Part shown: positions 56,001 to 64,000 of the stretch, in pieces | Layout of the letters: the number at the start of each line of letters is the position of its first letter | Numbering within the stretch: position 1 is the first letter of the stretch | Position numbers and translations under genes: made by a program | Assembly: GCA_977017575.1 (NCBI GenBank) | Contig: CDRNVI010000155.1 | Coordinates: forward strand, 2,985-66,984 | Direction: 5' to 3' | Length of the DNA: 64,000 bases | Source of the DNA: Paramoeba atlantica | Taxonomy: Eukaryota > Protista > Discosea | Notes under the pieces: model-generated | What the model saw: the letters and a program-made list of their open reading frames with translations, nothing else | Told to the model about the DNA's origin: nothing | The model's database searches: none

Positions 56001-59000
56001 ATGGCCTTCCCTGATTATGAACCCAACATTTCCCAGAACATCCAGTTTGGGCAATTTAAGGAGAAGTTTAATGCAATGGATTTTAAGTCTTGGTTCAATT
56101 CACTCAACAGTCACCTTTACACATTAAGACTTGATCACCATTTAACTATTGATGATGCTGCTGAAGTACCCACTGCACAAGCTAATGAAGAAGTAATCCC
56201 TGAGAAATCATTGATAAGAGTTGAGAATCAGAAAACCAATTGCCTCCAAGTTGCGCAACTCATCTGAAACTGCTTACAACCAGACCTGAAGCAGGTGACA
56301 CAAAATATGAGATTTCTTAGAAAACTGTATACTCTAATCAAGTTTTTAAGAGAAATGTATTTGGTGGATGAGGATGAGAAGAAGAAGGTGCTGAGGAAAG
56401 AATTTGATGCTTTTCAAAGATTGCAAGGCGAATCCTTCAAGCAGATGACCACCCGCATATCATTAATAATATTGATGTGTGAAAACAGTGGTGTTGAAAT
56501 CTCAAATGAAGAAAAAGTAACCACTCTTCTACATGGAATTGGAAGTCAAACATGGGCCCAAACCGTTTTGACAATTTGACAAATTGCAGAAGGGAAGAAT
56601 TGAGATTTCAAAAGGATGAAAAAAAACCTAGTTGAGAAAGAAAAAGTGATGAAAGAAATAATGAACAAGAGCCACTCAGCTAATGTTGCTCATCAAGCAT
56701 TTGCCAGCCTGGCATTTGTTTCTTTGTCCTCTTATTCTCCATCTATTCAAGTTCCTGCATCTTTTCCTTCTCCAGCACCTCCATTCTCTCTTTCTCCCTC
56801 TCCCACTCCTGTTCCCTCTCCTTCCCCTGTCCTGTCCCAATTGCCTATCCAACCCCCTGCTCAATCCCCAGCCCCACCTAATATTCCTCCACAATACAAT
56901 CAAAATACACCTTATCAGCAAAATCAACAATCCTATGCTCCTCAGTATCATCAAGATTCGTACTCTGCTCTTTGAACTTGACCTGGTTGGGAAGAACTGC
57001 CAAAGATACTATACAAATGTTTTAATTGTGGTCTTGGATGCCATACAGCATGAAAATGCTTTCTCTCTAAGGCACCAGCTGGTGAAATTGCTTTTTGTGA
57101 GTTCCTTGAATTCCAACAACAGTTTGAAGAATGGAAAGTTAAGATGACCAATAAAGGGTTTCCTGTGTGCTTTTTGTCTGTTTTAAAATCTTTCTCTACC
57201 CCTGAAACAAAAAGACTTCAACTCTTCTCAGATAATGAAGCAATTATTGATTTTGGATGCACAACTTCTATTCTGAAATCAAGAGAATACCTTGTGAACA
57301 CCTGTAAACCTGATGAAATTCTTGAAATCTTGCAAGCCAATGGTGATTTGATCCAAGTTGTCCTTCAAATGATTTAAATTTAGCAAAAGATATGAAACTT
57401 CTCAAGAATATTTCTGTTGTGCCAGATTGTACCCTGAACTTGCTCTCTGTATCTCAAATGTGTGAGACTTGGAACACCTTGATTATTTTTGACAAAGATG
57501 GTGTCAAAGTGATAAGAAAGAAAATTCCACTTTCTGAAGCTGAAATGATTTTATCTGGAAGCCAAAGAAATGGACTTTATCACTTGTCACTCCCTAATAT
57601 GAACCATGTTTATTGTACTCAAAAAGTAATTGAAGAAGCTGATGCAGATGAATACATTGCTCCTGATGAAACTGGACCAAAGAAGAGAGTTTGTTGAACC
57701 TTGAATCCTGAACATGAAAAAGAATTGAAGTTATGGCACCAAAGACATGGCCATCTTTCTGGTTTGTGTAGAACAATTGGTGTGAAAGCCATTCATGGGC
57801 TGCCTCCCAACTACAAAGACCTGATTGCTGATTCTGACCAAGTTTGTGATGCCTGCATTTTTGTGAAGAACAAGATGAGACCTCATCATAGTGGTTGCTG
57901 CACTTTTCAACACCATGGTGAGATGTTACACATTGATTTGCATGAGAAATCTACTCTCTCTTACCATAACAACAAATACTTGATCTTGATTATTGAAAAC
58001 TACTCTGGCTGTGATTTATCTCAATTTATTAAAAGAAAATCTGATGCTGGCAATAAGATAATTGATGTAATTCAAAAATTGGAGAGACAAGCTGGTGTGA
58101 AAGTGAAGATTTTACAATGTGATGGAGCCTCTGAATTTATTGGACAAAAAACCTCTCTCAGTATATACTGTTGCAAGAAAGGAATAGAAATCCACTGTTC
58201 CAGCCCTTGCTGCCCTCAAGAAAATGGTGTTGCTGAAAGAGGAAATCATACCTGATGGAGTACTGTCCAAGTGATTCATCTGGCTGCTGAATTACCTGCT
58301 AATTTTTGGGAATTTGCTGAAAGAATGGCTGCAAAATTAATCTCTATGACTGTGAAAGAAGGTGAGAAGATTACTCCTCTTGAAAAATTGTATGAGAGAA
58401 AACCCTCAATGGATTTAATTAGAACCTTTGGCTGCCATGCTTTCACTCATATTTCTCAAGAAATGCGCTTCAAAACTGACCCTGTTTCAAGAGCTGGAAT
58501 TAATTTGGGACCTGCTGACAATATGCATGGATTTTTGCTATTTGACCTGATCCAACAGAAAACTTTCCAAAGCTCAAGCGTTTTATTTGATGAATATGCT
58601 TTTGGGATCCCTGAATTGAAGAAGAGAAGTGCCCTGGGAAGATTGCCAAGATATTATGTGGAAGGTGAAAACAAAACAAGTTTAGATGATAGTGATGATG
58701 TCACAAGTCGCAAAGTGAATGATTTTGATTTTTATGATGAAAAAAATTTTATTGAACCCCCTGAATTTGTCTCAAACTCCTGGGAAGAACTTGCTATATC
58801 TGATGATGAATTTGTGGAAACTATTAGTCCAAATGGAGAGCAAATTGAAGCTGGCTCGCAGGATATCTTGCCAATATCCGAATCTCTGAGAAGACATTCC
58901 AATGTGCATTTATCTGATGATATTGAAAATGAAGAACCTATTCCTGAAGATGAAGAAATTCTAAAGTTAATGAATATCAACTTTGAACCAATTGAAAAGG

Positions 59001-61054
59001 AAAAAGAAGAATTAATTGAATCTTTTGATGTTGAAGAAGCTGATGATGTAGTTATCAATCTTTCTCTATCTAGAACCGACCCAAACTCTCTGAGCACCCC
59101 TTTGAAGACTCAAAGAGCACCTCTACAAGCGAACAAACACCTTGATCCTCTATCCCAATCAAGTGCTCACTCTAGCACTGCTCGTAGAACCCTTTTTAAT
59201 GACTCTGAACCTGAATTTGAACCTGATATTGAATCTAATTCAAAAGATAACTTGAATTCTAATTCTGAGAATAAACATGAATCTGTAAAAGAAGAACCAC
59301 AACCCTGTTGATCTGGTAGAATTGCTGCTCCACCTGCACATCACCCTTTGATGGATCCAAATCTTGCTTCTGATCATTTACATGGACACAATTTCCTCTC
59401 TCATCTTCACCATGCAATGTTTGCTGATACTGTTATCTTGAACAAGAAAACACCTCACTTGTTCTACCAAGCACAAAGAAGTGAACAAAGAAATGAATGG
59501 ATTGAAGTTTGTTGCTGTGAAATTGCTGCTCACCATGAAAATAAGACTTGGACACTTGTTCCCTGCCCAAAACCAAACCAAAATGGAAAGAAACATATAA
59601 TTATGAGAGGTATTTGGTGCTTTCGAATTAAAACTGAGAATGGAAAAATCAAAAGTTACAAGGCTCATTATTGTGCTGATGGAAGTGGTGTGATAAAGAA
59701 ATTGAATTCTGACCCTGAACTTGGCTTTGAAGACAATTACTCTGGATTTGCAACATCCACCTCTCTTAATCTAACCTATGCAGTTGCTGCAATGTATAGC
59801 CTTGAAGTTGACTCTGGTGATGTCTCTGGTGCCTATCTTCAATCAGAAATGCCAAAAGGAAATATTGTTTATTATGTGGAGCAACCAGAAGGATTTAAAG
59901 ACCCTGCTCATCCTGACTGGGTTTGCATGTTGAACAAAGTCTTGTATGAAGTGCTGATTGCTGGACAAAGATGGAATTTGATCTTTCAAAAATTCCTTGT
60001 GGAAGAATTAGGATTCAAATGCAGTAAACCAGACCCCAATCTCTACATCCAACATGATGATGATGGTAATTTCTGCCTATTTCTGACTGTTGTTGATGAT
60101 ACCCTTGATGTATGCTCCTCTAATGTATTAAGAGAAGAAATCCACACAAAATTGTATGATTGTTTCAAGTGGAAAAATGATGGTAAATGCTCTTGGTTCC
60201 TTGAATGCACTGTGAAACAAAATGCTAATGAAATAACTGTTGATCAATGTATTTACCTTGAAACTGTGCTGAAATCCTTTGAGAAATATGATATCAAGCT
60301 CTCCAATGTGCCTGCAAATACCAAGCTCCTATCTGCTCTGACTGAAGATGAACCAATTACTGATTTTCCTTACTCAAGCCTTGTTGGATCTTTAAATTGG
60401 CTGATGAAAACTAGACCTGAAATATCCTTTGCTGTCTCACAATGCTCTCGCTACCTTCACAACCATGCCCAGTGTCATGATGAAGCCACTTTGAAAGTTC
60501 TTGGATATTTGAAGAAAAATCCAAATCTTGGTCTGTGTTTCCTTAAATCTCATTTCAACAAAGAAAAATTATTTGTAGATGTCTATGCTGACTCAAGCAA
60601 TGCTGATTGCCTTGATGATCGAAAATCCTCCTATGGATACACTCTTAGAGCCAATGGAAAACTCCTCTCTTGGCACTCCAAGAAATTCCCACAAGTTTGC
60701 TTATCAAGTTGTGAAGCCAAATACCATGCTATGAGTGAATGTGCCCAGGAAATCAAATTTGCAAGAAACCTATTGAAAGACCTTGAATTACCATCCAATG
60801 ATGTTATCCCTATGCGAGTTGATTCCAAACCTGCAACTGCCATTGCTGAAATTCCTAAAGTAACCCAAGGCAACAAACATTTTAATGTTCATGACCATTT
60901 CATTCGTGATGCCATTGATGATAAAGTCCTTAAAATTGACCAAACCCCATCTGCTGAGAATATTGCTGATATATTCACAAAACCTTTGCCTCCAGCGAAA
61001 TTTATCCCCTTTAGAGAAAGTTTTGTGGCTCCCATTCCCACTTCTGCTCTTTGA
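56001..61054 (+). pseudogene. Copia gag-PR-IN-RT-RH, broken by stops/frameshifts
   Basis: Gag (LQGESFK..EEKVTTLLHG), PR (IIDFGCT..NLLSVSQM), IN (WHQRHGH..CDAC, HIDL, LQCDGASEF, QENGVAER), RT (DVSGAYL, VVDD, TRPEI) and RH (YADS, EAKY, DIFTKPL). Confidence 0.93.
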
Positions 61055-61679
61055 TCTGTTTTGTTCTTTGCTTTTGCATTTTGTCCTCATTTGAACAGTG
61101 CTGCTTGTTGTTCAAATGGCTTCAAATTGGGGAGGATATGTTACGATCCTGTCAGCTCTTGTGTTTTCCATTTGGAGCCATTCTCACTCCCTCTTCTACC
61201 AAACAACTGATCTCTCTCTCCCTGTTCTCCCCAATTGACACTCTCTCTCTTCCCTCTCTTTTCCTTCTTCTCTTTTCTCTCTCTCTCTCTTCTTTCACTT
61301 CCTCTTCTCTCATCCTTCCTCCCTCCTTCTCTTTCTTTCCTCTTTCCTTCCTTTCCTTTTTCTTTTTCCCCTTTTCTCACTTTTCCTCCCCTCTCTTTTC
61401 TCCTGTCTTTTTCCTTTTCTCTGTGCTTTTCAGGATGTTGATTTATGAATGATCCACCTGCATTCTATTGCAGTTATCTGCCACTAAAATGCTCTTTTCA
61501 TGTTGTTTTCACTGTCTTTCTCTCCTTTGTTTTGTGTTGTTTTCCCCCCTTTTTCTCTGCTGTCACAAATCATTTGTTCCCCCTTTTCTGTTTGTTGATA
61601 CAAATAAATCATTCTCTTCAGTTCCTTTCTGTTGTGTTTTTCTTGTCCCTCTCCCTCTTTCCCTTGGCCACACAAAAAG

Positions 61680-63295
61680 GCATCAAGAGAAATTCCCAGA
61701 GACCATATTTGCTGGTAAAGGCAGCCTTTTCAATGTCTTCTTCTCTGATTGGGATCAACCAAAAAGCCTCAGACAGGTTAATAGAGGAAAAATAAGAAGA
61801 ATTGCCAAGTGCAGCTAAGATTTCATCCATACAGGGTAGTGGATAAGAGTCCTTCTTTGTTTTTTCATTCAAGTGATGGAAATCCATACAAAACCAAACA
61901 TTTTCATTCTTCTTGTTCACCAAGAAAATTGGAACAGCCTAAGGAAAGTTAGATTTTCTAATCACTTTCCTTTTCACCATCTTGTCAATATATTTCCATA
62001 TAATGCAGTCTTTAACAGGTGTGGTTCTACAGGGTTTTGCTCTCAAGGGTGGACCCTCTGCCTCAATTGGATGACTCATTGCTGTGGTCCTAGTAATTGG
62101 ACCTTCTTGCTTCTCATCATTCCACAAGTCTTGGAAAGAAACCAACATCTCCACTAATTGTATTTTCTGTCTATTATTCAATTCAGCATTATCCAAACCA
62201 AATTTCTTGTATGCTTCTTTGAATTTATCAGATGGATCTTTTTTATGTGCAGCAGACTTGTTTTGGGTGGTGATGTGAGTAAGCAATTGTATTACAGATG
62301 AGTCACAATCAAGGTCAGGGTCAGGGTGTCTGGTGGATCAATCAAATTTGCCATTCTGATGATTGTGCAACTTCTGTCTCTTCCATTTGGGTTTTTGAAA
62401 TAAATCCTCATCCTCAATCATTTTCTCAAGCCATGGTCTAGCAAGTGCACAGAGATAATTGGCACCAGTCTTTGCATTAACTGATTTTGTGCAAGGTGAT
62501 TGTTTCTTGGGTATAGATTTTCAAAAATAAGGTTCAATCAAAGAGTGTTTCAAGAGTTGAAGAAGCTCAGTGTTTTCAACATCATGGTCATTAAGCTGAT
62601 AAACTATTCCAACTTCAAGATTTTTCTTCACTTGGACCTCAGTCTCAGAATGATTCATCACAAAAACATTCAGTGTGTTGCATTTTTTACCTTGCTCAAT
62701 TGTAACCAAGCCAGGAAGGAATAACAAACTCTCTAATCCAATTGATGGAAAGAAGAATCCTTCAGGTGACAATGCATGGCTGTTCAGCATTAGTGGAAGG
62801 AACACTGATGATTTTGAAGAGATTGCCTTTATCTCAGCTGAGAGTACTAAGGTCTTATCTCACCTCTCTACATTGATGTAGAAATCTGAATCTGTGACCT
62901 GAGGAAGGGTGATGTTAAGCTGTGCCAAATTTGCTTGAATACATCTCTGACCTTTCCACATTAAATGACCATCACTGAGACCTAGGTGACATTGTTTCAT
63001 GGCACTGAAGCCAATTAATGTTTGAACAGGGAGGTCATCAATAATAAAGAACCAGAGTTCTTGGGAAAACCCCTTTCCAATCTTGACCATAGTGAAAATC
63101 TCCTCATTAATCACAACTTCAGTTGAATTTCCCACTTTGACTTGAAGCTCATCAGCTCACCATCAGCTCAGGATCTCAAATCCAGAACACAAAAGTTGCT
63201 GATGACTGATCACATTGATACCAGATCTTGTGTCTATACAAGTAGTAGTTGCTAATCCACCCACCTGAGATACAACTTCAAATGCACAACCAATA
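61680..63295 (-). pseudogene. old Gypsy, segment 1: protease to RT N-half; Gag and 5' LTR absent
   Basis: IGCAFEVVSQVGGLATTTCIDTRSGIN (cf. IGSPLEFQATVGGLQTVTCLDTGAGLN in the intact element), DSYPLP, AFTSKYGLWEF. Confidence 0.9.
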
Positions 63296-64000
63296 TTAGG
63301 GTTTAGGGTTTAGGGTTTAGGGTTTAGGGTTTAGGGTTTAGGGTTTAGGGTTTAGGGTTTAGGGTTTAGGGTTTAGGGTTTAGGGTTTAGGGTTTAGGGT
63401 TTAGGGTTTAGGGTTTAGGGTTTAGGGTTTAGGGTTTAGGGTTTAGGGTTTAGGGTTTAGGGTTTAGGGTTTAGGGTTTAGGGTTTAGGGTTTAGGGTTT
63501 AGGGTTTAGGGTTTAGGGTTTAGGGTTTAGGGTTTAGGGTTTAGGGTTTAGGGTTTAGGGTTTAGGGTTTAGGGTTTAGGGTTTAGGGTTTAGGGTTTAG
63601 GGTTTAGGGTTTAGGGTTTAGGGTTTAGGGTTTAGGGTTTAGGGTTTAGGGTTTAGGGTTTAGGGTTTAGGGTTTAGGGTTTAGGGTTTAGGGTTTAGGG
63701 TTTAGGGTTTAGGGTTTAGGGTTTAGGGTTTAGGGTTTAGGGTTTAGGGTTTAGGGTTTAGGGTTTAGGGTTTAGGGTTTAGGGTTTAGGGTTTAGGGTT
63801 TAGGGTTTAGGGTTTAGGGTTTAGGGTTTAGGGTTTAGGGTTTAGGGTTTAGGGTTTAGGGTTTAGGGTTTAGGGTTTAGGGTTTAGGGTTTAGGGTTTA
63901 GGGTTTAGGGTTTAGGGTTTAGGGTTTAGGGTTTAGGGTTTAGGGTTTAGGGTTTAGGGTTTAGGGTTTAGGGTTTAGGGTTTAGGGTTTAGGGTTTAGG
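63296..64000 (+). repeat. telomere, (TTTAGGG)n, about 100 units to the window end
   Basis: G-rich strand runs 5'->3' toward the end. The array abuts the retroelement sequence directly at ..caata|ttagggtttaggg. Confidence 0.99.

Larger units (their letters stand above)
55337..61674 (+). mobile_element. Ty1/Copia LTR retrotransposon, full-length but inactivated
   Basis: 536-bp TG..CA LTRs (55337-55872 and 61139-61674), 5-bp TSD AAAAG (55332-55336 and 61675-61679), PPT ggggagga at 61129-61136. It splits the old Gypsy RT codons ATG CCT TTT GGG. Confidence 0.95.

Noticed and set aside
56001-61054. Alternative genetic code or TGA readthrough explaining in-frame stops in TEs
   Set aside because: The stops fall at CGA-derived sites, frameshifts co-occur, and the intact 2018-aa and 661-aa ORFs read normally in the standard code.

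Overview
This is a eukaryotic chromosome end from an intron-rich protist (amoebozoan-like, which is an inference from the receptor types and intron style). It ends in about 100 copies of the telomeric repeat TTTAGGG (63296-64000). 1-37 kb is gene-bearing and contains: a decayed pogo/Tc5 DDE transposon, an ankyrin gene, a large Cys-rich TOM1/GPR137-like 7TM gene, and a multi-exon gene that I splice into signal peptide - catalytically dead furin/kexin domain - P domain with a nested PA domain - Pro/Thr stalk - Cys-rich modules - TM helix - poly-Lys - acidic tract - chromodomain. It also holds two class-C-like GPCRs with bacterial-type binding domains (BMP and OpuAC), an RT-less CRE-like LINE with a 20-bp TSD, a rearranged duplication that joins the pseudo-furin first exon to a vWA gene, a truncated LRR gene, and an intron-containing RAG1/Transib-like transposase relic next to a Ulp1 protease relic. 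37-64 kb is a nested transposon stack built on one old chromovirus-type Gypsy. Inserted into it are a foldback element, a 7264-bp TIR element (RAG1/Transib-like transposase plus a convergent TET/JBP-like dioxygenase and two other ORFs), an intact young Gypsy and a decayed Copia whose PBS matches a half tRNA-Lys(CUU). The telomere is added directly onto the old Gypsy protease. TE decay is dominated by CpG transitions. I found no tRNA, rRNA or CRISPR arrays. All gene models are manual splices and no database searches were run.
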